63,627 nt of DNA, filler included, from Reticulomyxa filosa (GCA_000512085.1; 18 parts of 18 records of this genome joined end to end with filler, not necessarily neighbours in it), one strand, 5' to 3'; positions 25,990 through 39,854 are shown, counted from the first letter of the whole stretch. Notes: generated from the sequence alone by a model not told the origin. Numbers and translations are program-made.

Positions 25990-28229
25990 TTACCGCAATT
26001 GTCCGTTTTGGTGGTGTAATTGATGAAAATTTGCATAACTCATGAATTGTAAAGGTACCTCTTTCAAAGTTTCTCGCGATAACTGTGCAAAATTTGTTTC
26101 AGCCAGTCCAATAGGTTCTCCTTTTTCGTTTGTCAGTATTTTTGAATAGTCTTGGAAAGACACGAATTGTACAATATCTCGTTTAGCTGTCTGACCAGTA
26201 GAAGCTTGAAGTGCTCCACTGTCTGCATCCAATTGTTTCATTAAATAAAAATCTGCCATTCCAACACCAACAATAATTACCGATAACGGCAAATACTTAT
26301 TGGCAGCCATTACCAATCTAACAAGATTTTTTAAAACTACTAATAATGATCAAGTTTTTTTAAGACTTCAAAAGCAATGGTTGTATAGAGGAGGATATAA
26401 TACAAAATTGTATAAAGAGAAAAACTAAACAAATCCTTTGTTTCTTGAAAATCCTCAATCACACCATCCGTTAAAATTAACAAAGTGTAATATTTAATTT
26501 TATGTTTGACGTTGGAATGAGCCATCTCTGCAAGGTAACAGCTTTCTTTAAAATGGGATAAAACAGCGTTGGTCCAAATAGTTCAACCTTTGCCAGTGCA
26601 TTCAAATATGCTTCTTCAATGCCATAAACTCCACGGACTTCAGGATTCATATCATTACCGTTTAAAGGGAAGACATGCATTACATCTCCATGTGGAATTT
26701 TTCCACCCTTATTTCCAACGCAAGGTGTGCATAAAACAAGCAAAAAATTAATTGAAAAAAAATGAACAATTTTTTTGCTTGCCTACAATCTAGAATACAT
26801 TAAAAAAAAACAAACTAAAAAAATACTTAACAAATCCCCAAACCGGGAACCTTTGATCTGAGTCGTAACACGACACAGTGTTTGCAATAGTTCGAAGTGC
26901 AAGTTGATATTGTGTGCCTTGTGCAGACAAATGGTGTAAACTTTGAGAATGAGATGGTTTGCCATTTGATGCAGTAAAATCAATGGCAACCATTAATGAC
27001 AAATCTATTCCTCCCATCACATAATCTAAAAACGAGAAAAAAGGTGTGGATCTAAATTCTACTACTTTCAGAGTACCCACTTTTTTTCCTTTTTTCTTGC
27101 CATTTTCTAATTCAACATTGAAATTTTTTCGCAAAGCATTCAAAGTAGTTTTGACTTCACCAATCAATTCATGCGATCCATTGCTATCCCAATCGAGTAC
27201 TCTGAAAAAAGTATCCACAATATATAATAATGTTATTGGCTCATTTCATTGCATCAGCCTACACACATGCACACAAATACCTCAAAAGCAAAGATCGATC
27301 TGGATCTGAATTGCACAATTCTTGTGAACTGATGGTGATAGGTTTCCAAACTGGCTTTTCCGTATTGTCAATCTTTTCGGTCCTATACACCAAAAGTGGT
27401 TGTGTATTGGTCATACGATAAATCTCCAAGAACGGATCTGATTTTCCAAAGAAATCCATGCTGGCCAAATGCTCACCTCCAAATGTAATCACTATTCCTT
27501 CATGTCCACATTTAGCTACAACTTCTATACGAGCTGTCAATCGTGAACACATTTTTGTCGATCCATTTTTCATTGATTTCCCTTTGTGCAATAACATTCT
27601 CGTCATTTGCTGACCTATACATGTCATTCATACCGTATTTGTTTAAATAACCAATATAACAACATCATTAAACAAAAAAATATACAAATTACCAGAAGCA
27701 TGCATAATCTCTCCCAATGTCATATTGCAACATCCGATGAAATCCTGTCCTTTTAGACTTTTGGCGTTGTTTTTGTCTTGATCGTATACGTCAAATCTTA
27801 CCTCTTGCTCTTCTTCAAATGCAAAATCGACTACAAATGATTTTCCAAAACTGGGATTGTATTCATCCCTTTCGTTCACATGCACAGCAAAAAAAAAAAT
27901 ATTGAAAAAAAATAAATTTTGAAAAAGAATGTCCATGTGTTTTTTGTAGTGTGATGATGTTACTCTCAACTTGATTGTTTCTGTTCGTCCAATTTCCTCA
28001 AATTTTCCCGTTTTTGAATCTTTTATGGATACTGCAAGTATACAGTGTTAGTATCGTGTGTGCAATATTTTTTAAAAATGTGCAAATATTGGAGCAGACG
28101 TATAACTTTACCTACAACAAAAGCATCTGTCTTGCTGAACATATCCTTGCTCACGAGATCTTGACATGACAAAAAAATTTCAATTTTTTCTTTGTAATCT
28201 CCTCCAGCTGATTTTGGATCTTGCGTCAT
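25990..28229 (-). CDS. Copine (C2A-C2B-vWA)
   Basis: SCQDLVSKDMFSKTDAF, MDFFGKSDPFL, VAIDFTASNG, YDSDQRFPVWGF, GPTLFYP, LLILTDGVI, PLSVIIVGVG, RDIVQFV. Confidence 0.95.
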
Positions 28230-28574
28230 TTTTGGATAACAATAACAAAAAAGAAGTAAAGAACTGCTTACTAGATAAAAAGTTTTTCTTTTGTCTTTTT
28301 TTCGAAAAAAAAAAGGGAAGAAAAGGGCAAGGAACGTCGAAGAGAGAAGATACATGTGGAATTGCTTTGCCGAAAAAAGCAAAATAAAAGATATCAAAAT
28401 ACAAAAGGTCTAGACTTGCTTTCTGTAGCAAAAAAAACCCCTACACATAGAGAGGGTAAACGAATCATTACAATGTGAACATCACCACTCATCACTTGGA
28501 GAAACAACAAATAAACAAAAACAAAGGAGAAAAAAAAAGGGAAAAGCAACAACAACTAAAGAAAAATTATTTTC

Positions 28575-29977
28575 TTAGGTAAGTGAGGCATTGGCATTCA
28601 TTTCAGCATTTATATTTTCGGAACTAGAGACAGAAAGTTCATCCTGACTTTTCCTAGGACTTTCAGTGACCGGCGGCAAAGACAAGACTTCTTTCTTTTT
28701 GCCTTCATCTGTTTTGGACTCTTCGCTCTCCACATCGGCAGCAACCAAGATGGGCTGAGAAGATTGGGACAACAAGAACGGGATATTGGCCGACGAATAG
28801 GTGCGCCTGGAATTGATCTGTTGGACATGCGCCTGAGTACGGGAGTATATGACCTCAACAGCACGTTGATGAATGGATTGGTTGGAATGTGCTTCCAAAG
28901 TCGGGAAGGCGATCAAAGTTTTGGCATCCGAAATGCGATCATCAGCGGACATGATGCCTTGAGGATGTTTATGCAAAAGCTTCAAGTTGTCCATATCCAT
29001 TTGCTGCATGGCATTGAGTTCTTGTTTGGACGAGTCTTCGAGTTTGAAGATGGTGTGTTCCAGGACGATTTTGGGAACACGTTCATTGGAGCGATAGCGT
29101 TCGACAAAAGCGGTGATATTTTCATCGACGTGGAATGCTTTAAGTTATTTTGGAACGAGAGCAAGGTCTGGTCCATTTTGAAGCACTGTTTTTCCAAGGC
29201 AATGGTATAGCGGAAGAAAATGACACGACTAATGTGCAAACGAAAGAGTTCGACTTTGATGAAATCAGTGACAATTTTGGAATGAAGCATATCACGATAG
29301 TTGTGTTTCTGTTGCAGTTGCACTTGCAACATGTCCGGTTGTTTTCTTCCATGGACAGCTTTTCTTGATTGATTTTCAAATCTTTGTTCAGTTGTTCGGT
29401 CGACCGTTTGAAAAATTTGAACCCTTTGCGACGATTGTCATTGTCCTTTTTTTCGGAATTGCGTTGCTGCAGCTTATTTTCCAATGTCGTGACTATGGTC
29501 TTGAGTTTGTTCACTTCGTGTTTGGACTTGTTCAAGCTGGCCTCCAAGCGATTGTACTCATTGTTGCACTCGTTCAACAAGGCCTGCGAAGAGCCCTGGA
29601 AGTCTTTTAGCTTTTGCTTGGTGTCGTTCAGCGCCATTTCCACCTCACTGTGGATTTGGATTTGACTGCAAAACTCGTTCGACAGCTTGCTGAACAACTG
29701 CACCACATGCACGAAGGCGTTCATTATGTCATTCAACGCGAAGCCGTAGTCGAACGCCAATGGATTGCTGCCCCACTCTTGCAACTTTCTCGTGTACTGT
29801 CTCAGTACCTCCTCCTCCACGCCATGGCGCATATTCATAAACTCGATCATCGCTTTCACCGTATTCGCACCCTTGTCATTGCAAGCCCAGGCCATTTGCA
29901 CACTTTTTTCATTCCACGGGATTGCCATTTGATTATTATTATTATTATTATTATTGTTATTATTATTGTTATTATTA

Positions 29978-30021
<44 letters not shown>

Positions 30022-33000
30022 GCTATTACTATTAGTACTGCTATTGCCTGTACTTGATCCAAGGCCATGAGTGGTGACAATAGCCTTGTGTTCATCGACG
30101 ATCTCGACTTTGTTGGGCAATGTGTTTTCGTGACAAGCCAAGATGAACTTGTCGGTTTCTTGATCGGAGCGAATTAAATGGGTGGCATCGTAGAGTTGTC
30201 GATTGGCTTTGTTGATTTTTTTGAGCGCGGAAAATAGCACATCGATGACTTGCGCACACGTTTTGATGAGCAGATATTCCCTTTCCACCTCTTTCATTCG
30301 AAACGTGTCCAGAATCACTCCATTGCAAATGTGCTCTTTCTTACGCACCGCCTTTAGCAGCTTCTTGCTCGTCTCCCACGCCTCGTCGGTGCGACGATAA
30401 TTGTACTGTGTCTCATGCATTTGCTGCAGCAAGGTCAGCAATGTATCTTCCATTGACGTCTGTTCCACCGCCTGCTTCCACGCGTTCTGTGCCGTTCGAA
30501 ACAGTTTCTGACATGTGTTTCTCTCCTCGTAGCACTGTTCTACGTGCTTGGTTGCAAACTGCACTTCCGTCGACAGCGTCATTTTCTTGCGCTGCAACAT
30601 GCGCGTTATGTTGCGCAACTCGGCCTTCAACACTTTCAAGGGAATGACAACGTCTTTGATTTCGATTGCGCTGTTGCGATAGGCCTGGCTTTGCACCTCC
30701 GTCACACTTCGCAATTGGTTCCAACACGTTTGCTCGCATGAATTCGCTTGCGGTAATGTCTTCATTTGCGTGTGACACGTTTGCAACTTTTTGCTATGGT
30801 TGTCCCATATCAGCGACAGGTCTTCCAACACCTTTGACATTTGCTTGATTTGGGCTCGTCCGTCCTCGCTCTGCTTCAGCACCGTCTCGAACGCCTGCGC
30901 ACCCCACAAATTGTCCGCGTAATGATTCACGCTCACCTGGTCTTGGCCAGGCCCCTTCTTCTTCAGGTTTTCCTTTGGGATTAGCAGCGACATTGATCGA
31001 GGCTTCATCCCACTCTCTTTGAATGAATGGCGTGCTTCCATTTCATTTGCACTTGCATTTGCATTTGCATTCACATTTGCATTTGCATTTGCATTTGCAG
31101 TTGCATTTGTGGTAGGGTCCTCTGGCAATGGCAGTGACTCAAATTTTTTTAACACAACCTCAGACGTCTTTTCAGAATCAGATGCACCTTCACTTGTTGA
31201 CTTGCTCGTTTTCTCGTATTTGTTCTCACCCTCGTCTCCATCCTTTTCTTCCAGGACCGGTGGCAATGTCAAAATTTTCAATCCGGTGGTGTCCTTGTGT
31301 TCCTCATTATCATTGACATTGGTATTGGCGTTGGCGTTGACATTGACATTGCGGTTGGGGTCAATTGTGGTTGATTGGTCTTTGGAATCACTTTTGTCGC
31401 GACGATGGCCTTGACTATCAAGAACGAGGTTGTCATTTGCAATACCGGTGTCAGTGTTGCTGTCGGTGGTGATGGCGACGAGGACGGAGGACAAGGTGAG
31501 CGCTTCGGCATTGCGTTGGGCCTTGTCGTCTGTTGGAAGAGACGCACTGCTGCTGCTGCTGCTGCCGCCGTCAGTTTGAGTCGACACTTTCAATTGAGTG
31601 TTGTCTCCAGACGGAGCAGGTACGCGGCGTGACGAAGAGGACGAGGATGAGGATGAGGATGATGAAGCCGATGCTGAGGTGGCCGCTCCGGATGATGACG
31701 ATGATGACGTGGACAGTAAAGTATCTTGCAAGTCAACAATGGACAGATTGTACTTTTCGACGACTGAAGGAAGCTCAATTCTTTGGACAACGAGTAGCGC
31801 CTTTCCAAAGTCCCACTTTGTGGCCCTTTGATATTATCTGTGTTGTTTTTCATTTCAACACCAGCACCACTTTCATTGCCACGTTTCTTTTCCTTGATAT
31901 TGCTATTGCTATTGCTATTGCTGTTGATGGGAGCATCAGAGTTGAACTTTTGATCATAGCCATGCTCGTCACTATCTGCATTGGGCGTGGACGGTCTCTC
32001 CAGCACGTCTCCGTCGATACTGGCCTGACGATTTTGCGGGATCTCATTTCCTTCGGAAAACGACTCAATGTCCATTTCCGGCGAAATTTTTTCCAAGAGG
32101 CGACGCAACTGGGCAAACTCATCGACATAGGATTGGTGCAGTTGCTGTTGGTTGGAGGCAAATTGCAGCATGAGGTCTTTGAACATTTTGATGCGGTCGC
32201 AGCTGTAGCGCTTCACATCCGCTATCATCTGCGGCATCGACTCGGTGAAGATGTCCAAATTCGTCAAAAACGCCGTCGTCGATTCCACATGCTCGATATC
32301 CGCTTGATCGCGATTGTCTAGCGCTGTTACCATGGTCGTCATACGCTTTGGATTGCTCGTCAAATCTTTTTGCGCGGACTTATTGTCCCCCATGTTGTTA
32401 TTACTATTATTATTATTATTATTAATAGTATGATCATTATTATTATTATTATTATCATCATCATCATCATCATCAATGGTATGGTTTTCATTGTCGTCAT
32501 CATCATTGTCGACTTGAAGATGATATTGTTGCGACTGAGTGGCACCAGTATTGTTATTGCGATTGTTGATATCGGCCAGCCGTTTGATGGATTTTGTCCT
32601 CGTCTTGTTGGTGAACTCGACGTCGCACTTCCTAGTGGCCGTGCGCTTTTCGCACTCTTTAGCGGTTTCGAAGAGCACTTTGATGTTGGACTTGGTGGTG
32701 TGTATCATTTCGATGAGAGGGATGGCGCACCCTTTTTTGCATTGGCCAAAGGACTGTTCGGTCATGGAAGACATTTTCTGGAACAGCTGTCGACACTGGA
32801 GCCAGGGCAGGTCAATGGACGTTTTGGTGTTGGGCAGAGTGGAGTGGAAGGCATGCACCAGCTTGGACATGTGTGTCATATGTTCGAAATGCACGCTTTG
32901 CCAGCGCGTGAGAAACAGCGATATTTCGTCAAACAGCACATTTTGAGCTTCGATGCGAGCGTCCAAAGAATGCCAATGGCGATCGTACAGACGTTTCTTT

Positions 33001-34314
33001 TTGAAGAACTCCACAGACATCCAGCTAATGTGCATGACGGGTTGTTCGATCAAGTCTTTTTCCGTCACGAGGATATCAGTGGGACGAGGAGTCCCAAACA
33101 ATCCAGGATCCAATGATAATGGAAAGCCATTGGGATAAGTAAAGGCATACCCACTACTATTACTATTGCTATTGCTATCACTACTAAATATAGTATGTCT
33201 GGTATGACTTGGACTACGAGAGTGGCCATGACCATGGGTAGTAGAAAAAGGCTTGGCGACGATATAAGGGTTAAGCTTGTCCCACATGAACGTGGAGTCA
33301 TTTAAAAAAGGGGTAACCTTGCCATTAGTCTCGTCGATTTTTTCATCGAAATACAAGACTTCGTAGTTGTGTCCTGACGCTTCGAAACGCTCGTCGATGA
33401 AGCATTGGAACATTTGCGACTCCACGAACATTTCAAAGAAGGTCTGGTTTTCCGTGTTGGGACAGTTGTCTCGAATCCACTTGTCTTTGTTAAACTTTTC
33501 TTTGGAAAAGTCGTTGTTCGATGGGTTCATATAATTCTTATAATCGCGGAATAGCTTGGCATAAAATCGCACAAACGCTTCTCTCATCTTTTCCTCTTCC
33601 ACACTCATGTTGGGCTTCAAGGGTTGGCTGGGGTCTTTGATCAACTTGGATGTATACCGGTCCAACTTTTGTCTGGGGAAATACGGAATGGGGTCATTGC
33701 GATGATGCGAAATGCTATTGTCATCCAAGTTCACAAAGATCACCCCATCCAATGTCTCCACGTCCGGCATATACTCGGGCAACACTCCACACAGAAATGG
33801 CATCGGTGCCGTGATAAAGTCGATAAACTTGCTTGGTAATACTGGCACGTATATATGCTGCCAATAAAAAGGGTAGATCAATGTCGTCAGCCCTTCAATG
33901 CACGGGGTCAACAACGACAGATTGTTACTGAAAAACAGTATACGTTTTTCACACAAAATCGCGCCCATTAAGGTTATTATGTTTGAAATGCTCATCACGT
34001 GAAACAACGTGTCCAGGCTGTGTCCTCGCAAAGGGAGCTGGTTCGGAGGGGGTCGCACGAATTCAATCCTCTCGTTGTACACTTCCAACTGCACAATGCG
34101 ACGGCCCAATGGGGGCAATGGCGTTTCCATTATTATGTTTTGCAACACCTTTTCGATCGGATATAACACTGACTTAGTTTGGCTCTCCTCCTCCTCTGTC
34201 ACCTCGTACAGCTTTGTTAAGATTTTATTGAATTGCTCATAAAATGGCCAGTGCGATGATATTACTAATGCGATCGGTTCGTAATAGACTTCGTTGTCAT
34301 CATTTTCATTGTCA

Positions 34315-34385
<71 letters not shown>

Positions 34386-34972
34386 GTCATTGTTGTTACT
34401 ATTATTGTCAGTAGTAACGTTGTCATTCGTACTATCCTTTTGTAACTTTAGCTTGTCCTGTTTCTTGGATAGATTATGTCCTTTTGCTCGGTATTGCCTC
34501 TTTGTTTCCTTGCTCAACTCGCGATTGTAACGCAAGGCCGAACAATACACTCTTGAACCGTCTGCTTCCGTTAGCACGAATGAATATTGCTGGGGTTCCA
34601 TTTTGCTGCTTGCAAAACGCGCCCCGTCGGGATATGCAAATGCTCCAAAGTCTTTGGGAAACTCACTGTCATTGTGATCAGTGGACGGATACCGAAGGCA
34701 TGGAGACATTGGGATACCTCTTTGCTGAACTAAAAACATACAGCATGTACAAAATTCATTCTGACTAAAGGGTACTCATATTTTTATCTTTCCTCTCCCC
34801 CCTCGGTATTACATGCACTCAAGGGTTAAAAAAAAAACAAAAAAAAAATGTGGAACATTGAGTCAATAAGACTGGTAAATGAAACTACATTACATCTTTG
34901 AGTCGTTGTCACATGGTTTATATCCAATCTAAGGACCGCAAAATAATCTGCAACACGAAATGGAGCTGGCAT
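28575..34972 (-). CDS. Large DENN-domain (Rab GEF) protein with three F-BAR-like coiled-coil units; interrupted by three frame breaks
   Basis: uDENN RVADYF, FAYPDG, SFVLTEADGSRVY; cDENN LCEKRILF, PFYWQHIYVPVLP, APMPFLCGV; dDENN FVESQMFQCFIDER; F-BAR-like YADNLWG..FETVLKQSEDG. Confidence 0.85.
29931..30025 (-). repeat. (AAT/AAC)n microsatellite encoding poly-Asn; similar tracts at ~34310-34400 and ~39765-39850
   Basis: Trinucleotide repeats directly visible within ORFs. Confidence 0.95.
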
Positions 34973-35812
34973 CACTTTGCATCGAATATTAAATCACAAT
35001 TCAAATGATTTTTATATTTGCACTTTTTGTTGTTGTTTCCCCTCTTTTTTTTTCCTCGTTGATAGTATTGAGAAATAACTTTTCATGGTAAACTGGCCAC
35101 AGTGGTGCCAAACAAGAAAATGACAAAGAAGTCATTATAAATTGTCAAAATTTGCTTGGCAATGCGTAATTACACAAAGTTCACAAAAAGGGGCAATTTC
35201 ATGGGAGTATTGAACGTGGGGATATACACGTAAAAAAAAAAAAAGCAAATTTTGATTTGATTTGATATATCCACACCATGTAAAATAAAAAAAGACAATA
35301 ATTTGACATAGGCAAGTGTGATTGGTATTATAAAATTGTATTTGATTAGGATGCGAAGACAGAAAANNNNNNNNNNNNNNNNNNNNNNNNNNNNNNNNNN
35401 NNNNNNNNNNTTAATTAATTAANNNNNNNNNNNNNNNNNNNNNNNNNNNNNNNNNNNNNNNNNNNNTCCACCTTTTGTATTTTTTCTTCCCTTCTTGCCT
35501 TTTTGATGAAAACCCTGAGCACATACAAAAATTAATTTTTTTTTTTTTTTTTTGGGTAACAAAAAAAAAAAATTTCTCTTGCACCAGTACGTTTATGAAT
35601 AAGATACCTCATGCATTTTAAAAATAGTACGTATACATAAATTTTTTTTGTTTTTTTTGAGGAAAGAAAAATTTTTAAAAAAAATGAAGATTACAAGAAA
35701 ATATTTTTTGAACAAGAACGTTGGAGGGAAGAAAGGCTAACAATGTATTTGGAAATGTAAGTAAGCTTGTATGCATACGGATGTGTTGTGTGTATATGCC
35801 GCTTGCAAATAG

Positions 35813-36108
35813 TGAAGGATGGTGTGTTGAACTCAATGTTTGATAAAACGGAATGGGAATTGGTGTCCATTGGTGATGCAGAATATGAAGCAGCGGCGGC
35901 ATTACAAGTGGGATGTACGGTAAACTCACATCCCCAATTGTATCGCAGCGTGACCACGAAAGTGGTGAAGGTACCGCGCATCGCATCCGTGACAGGGATG
36001 ACAGAACAATTGAAACTGCTTCAAGGATCTTTGTCCAAGCTGCTGGCCTGTGAGTATTCCATTTTTGTGGACAACTTTCAAACTTTGTTAAATGAAGATG
36101 AAGAATAA
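35813..36108 (+). CDS. C-terminal exon of a HAD-like protein
   Basis: LVSIGDAEYE (HAD motif IV-like) followed by TKVVKVP...QL. Confidence 0.5.
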
Positions 36109-38058
36109 CTGTAACGACGAACAATAACAATAAACAAACGACAATAAGATGAAATAATCGAATAATTAATGACTAATAATAACACGTTCGATAACACCTC
36201 TTTTTTTTTTCTATTTCTTTGGTGTCATTTCATTTCACTTCCATTTTTTATTTTTATTTTTTTTAAAAAATGTGTCTTCCCTTGCCTTCTTTCTTTCTTT
36301 CTTTGTCACATTAAAAGGGAGCTCTCATATTTGTGATGTGAACATAAGACTGTGTACGTGAAATTTGTATGTGTTCACATCAAACATGTTTGATCCAAAG
36401 AGGATCTAATGCTGAAATGATCCAATACAACCCGAGAGGTGTTTACTTTGTATTTTTGTTTTTTTTTTTTTTAATTATTTGTTTGTTTTGCTCTGTTTTA
36501 GTTTTGTGGTGAGGGGTATTATTAATCATTAACTATTTCTCTTATTTTCACAGACAAAACATAATGTCTATGTTTTTTGTTTTGCTTGTGCCTTGCCACT
36601 TACTTTTTTCTTTTTGAATGGTGAATGTTTGCACATTGCATAAGCTAAAAAAGCCCACTATCATTTCACCCTTTTTATGAATGAAGGGGAAAAAAAAAGT
36701 AATATCAGGTTAATTTTTGTTGTTGTTGGTTGTTTTGTTTTTTATATTTTCCCCGACTCGTTTTTTTTATTTAGCTCTTTAAAAAGTTGTTTGTTCCCCG
36801 GCATGAACCTTGATATTTTTTTTGTTTTTGAAGTAATCGTATTTAACACACATTTTTAATTCAATGATTTGTTTGTTTGCTCTTTTTTTTTTTTTTTTTT
36901 TGCTTGTTTGTAGCATTTTAGTGGGGGTGATCACAAGCAAAGGATTTGAAGACAACAAGAATGAAGCAAGATCGACACAAAACACTTGACTTGTTTCACA
37001 AGATAAAAAAAGGATTGTTTTTTTATTTTGTTTCTGTTAAGTTTTGGGAACTGCTAAAAAGGAATTCATCCATTGTTTGATTAATTTGGTTGGTGATAAA
37101 AGCGGATAAAAAAAGGACAAGTCTTATTTGAGCACGGTGGATCAATTCCTTTTTTTTTTTTTTTGTATTGGAGTTGAAGGAAGGGCTTTGGATAAATGAG
37201 CAAACATTGACGTTTTTGCAATCCTTTTTTTGTTGTTCTTGATCACTCTTTTCAAGAATATTAATGATTGAAATTACTTTGAACTTTTCTATTCGTTTCA
37301 AAGAAAAAGATGCAAATCTCAAAAATGATTTTAGGGTAAAAATTCCGAAGAATGTTAGTTTTTCAAGAGGAAAAGGTTTACGTTGATGTCCCAACAACTC
37401 CCCTGCTGAACAAAAAAATTGAAGATATTTACAACCTTGAAGAAAATGGACATTGATTTGTGTTATTTTGACTTTGAATTTTTAGACTCATGTAGTACTC
37501 ATGATGTCGTAATAAGTAATTCGCGCACTACAAGTGAACTTTGGAACCCTTTATTCTAAAAACACACTACTCACTTTCACGACTTGTCTTTTCTCTTTCA
37601 CTTGTTGAATCTTGTTGTTTATTGTCTCTTTTATTTAAATCATTAATCTTTTGTTTAAAATTGCTCGAAAGAGCGAAAACCTTTCGTATTACAGTTTGCA
37701 CACCTCTTTCAGCAGCAAGAAAACTCACAAATTTTTATTTGTCCCATTGAATTTGTTTTTTGATATTATTACAATTAAAATTGCTCTTTGTTGCTTTTTA
37801 AAGATCAAACTTTATATGTAATTTTTAAAATAAAATTTGTGCTAAAAACCATAATATAAAACTTGGAAAAGCATTGTTTAAAATATTTTTTACGCTTAAT
37901 TTCTGTGAATACGATATTTTTTAAATAATCATATGCTTTTTACTTTTTAATTGTTATTTGTTGATTTGAACAGAATTAATGCAAGGTTTGAAAGTTTTAT
38001 TTGCTATTGTACAAAAATATTGAAAGATTGATACAAGCAGCCAAGTCATCTGTTCACT

Positions 38059-38952
38059 TCAAAAGTCAGAAAAGTGTAATATAGTACCACACGTTCGGCA
38101 ACATGGTCCCTGTTGATAATATTTTTCAACGACAAATTGTATAAATTCAAAAATATTTTCTTCTGTCTTGGCACTTACAAATCCACCAAAAATAACATTT
38201 TGATCTTTTTTGCTTTCACAAAATGCTTTGGCTTTGGACACAAAAGTTCGTCTCTGTTTATTTGAGATTAAGTCAACTTTGTTTCCACAAACTACGATCA
38301 AAGGTTGTTTCAAATGTTTTTTTTTGCAGAGTTGCTGAATATAAGGCAATTCCAAATCCAAGCTGTGAAGAGTTGTTTCATTTGTGAGGTCATAGACCCA
38401 CACAAATACACTTGATGTCGTGTAGTACTTGCGTCTGATGTTTATAAATGGCTCTTGTGCTAAACTCCTCAAAAAATAGATTAAAAATTTACACAGTGCA
38501 AGCAAATGCTCATTAGCTGTGCGTTCCTGACAAAGACTCCATAACAATGATAGTGATAACAAAATTTCTAAACTGCAAGAGTCCCACACTCGTACTCTAA
38601 AAAAAAAGTTCTGAAACTGCTCGAAATGCGTGACCACGTCCACTCCTATTGTGGACGAATGATCAGTTGGAAATGGATGACGGTTCCATCTTTGCATAAT
38701 TGCTGTTTTTCCAACACCTGTGTCACCAACAAAAAAAAGTGACACTGAGACATTGTACTTGTCAATAAGTTGTGCACGTTCAAACGCAAACTGGCAAATC
38801 ATTTCCATCACTTCCAGTGGAAATCTGTGCGTCACCTTACAAATTTTTGTCCAACGGTGCAGAATCCGCATTATATCATCAGAAGTAGCACGATCACTAC
38901 ATAAATGTGATTTCTTTGAGGCAGCCTGATTTTTTGAAGAGAAGAGTCCCAT
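38059..38952 (-). CDS. Divergent Rab-like small GTPase with N-terminal myristoylation motif
   Basis: GDTGVGKT, TIGVD, WDS..QE, VYDLT, GNKVD, SAK; MGLFSS start; intron 38460-38573. Confidence 0.9.
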   Translation of the reverse strand: MGLFSSKNQAASKKSHLCSDRATSDDIMRILHRWTKICKVTHRFPLEVMEMICQFAFERAQLIDKYNVSVSLFFVGDTGVGKTAIMQRWNRHPFPTDHSSTIGVDVVTHFEQFQNFFFRVRVWDSCSLEILLSLSLLWSLCQERTANEHLLALCKFLIYFLRSLAQEPFINIRRKYYTTSSVFVWVYDLTNETTLHSLDLELPYIQQLCKKKHLKQPLIVVCGNKVDLISNKQRRTFVSKAKAFCESKKDQNVIFGGFVSAKTEENIFEFIQFVVEKYYQQGPCCRTCGTILHFSDF

Positions 38953-39438
38953 ACGGTTTAATATGCGAACTTCAACTCTCACCTTTTTTTTCTCTTTTCT
39001 TCCCTGTTGTAGTCTTTCAAATTGGCTCTAGATCTTTTTTCGTTGTACGTCACAATTGTCCTTAAGTAGCTGAAAAAAGGCATTGTACACCAATAATAAT
39101 AATCGATTGGCCTGTTCGTAAGGGGGATTTTTTTGAGTATTTGCTGGAGAAAGTGCACATCTGAATGTCCGCCAAAAGATCAAATAGAGATTTAGAATCG
39201 AATTCCGAAGGTGAATTGATATTTTTTATTAACATGTTGCATGTAACTTGACTGATGTTCATGTCGATGCCTCATATTGTTTGTGTGTTTTTGTTGTTCT
39301 CCTTCCTCTTTCCCACGCTGTTTTTTTTTGGAAGGAGGAGAGAAACACAAATGCGGACATAAATTTGGAAGAGACCTCTGTTTTTTTTTTGTTAAATGAA
39401 TTAATATTCCAACAAACGTTGCGGTTAAAGCGGGATCA

Positions 39439-39818
39439 GATGAACAACAACGAAAGCAAAATGCAACAATGCGTCACTCGACACCGTTAACAATAATATC
39501 TGCGGTAAGCGGAAGCGACTCTTCCACAGTGAATTCGCAAAGTTCACCGGCCCCACGGATTGACAGTCACCCTGCAAATAGTGAAGAGGAAAGGGGAATA
39601 GAAGAAGAAGAGGGAGATGAGGAAGATAAGGAAGATGATGAAGAAGAGGAAGAAGAGAAAGAAAACGAAGAAAAAAAAAAAGCATAGCAAATTCATTTTC
39701 TCATTCCCCTCCAAAATCACATCCAATTGAATCTACATTTGCACTTATTATTACTGCAATGACTAATAATAACAATAATAACAATAATAATAATAACAAT
39801 GATAATAATAATAATAAC

Positions 39819-39854
<36 letters not shown>

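Noticed and set aside
29614-34530. Plus-strand poly-Ile/poly-Leu ORFs (e.g. 29614-30057, 32370-33116, 34294-34530)
   Set aside because: Antisense shadows of the poly-Asn tracts and codon structure of the DENN gene
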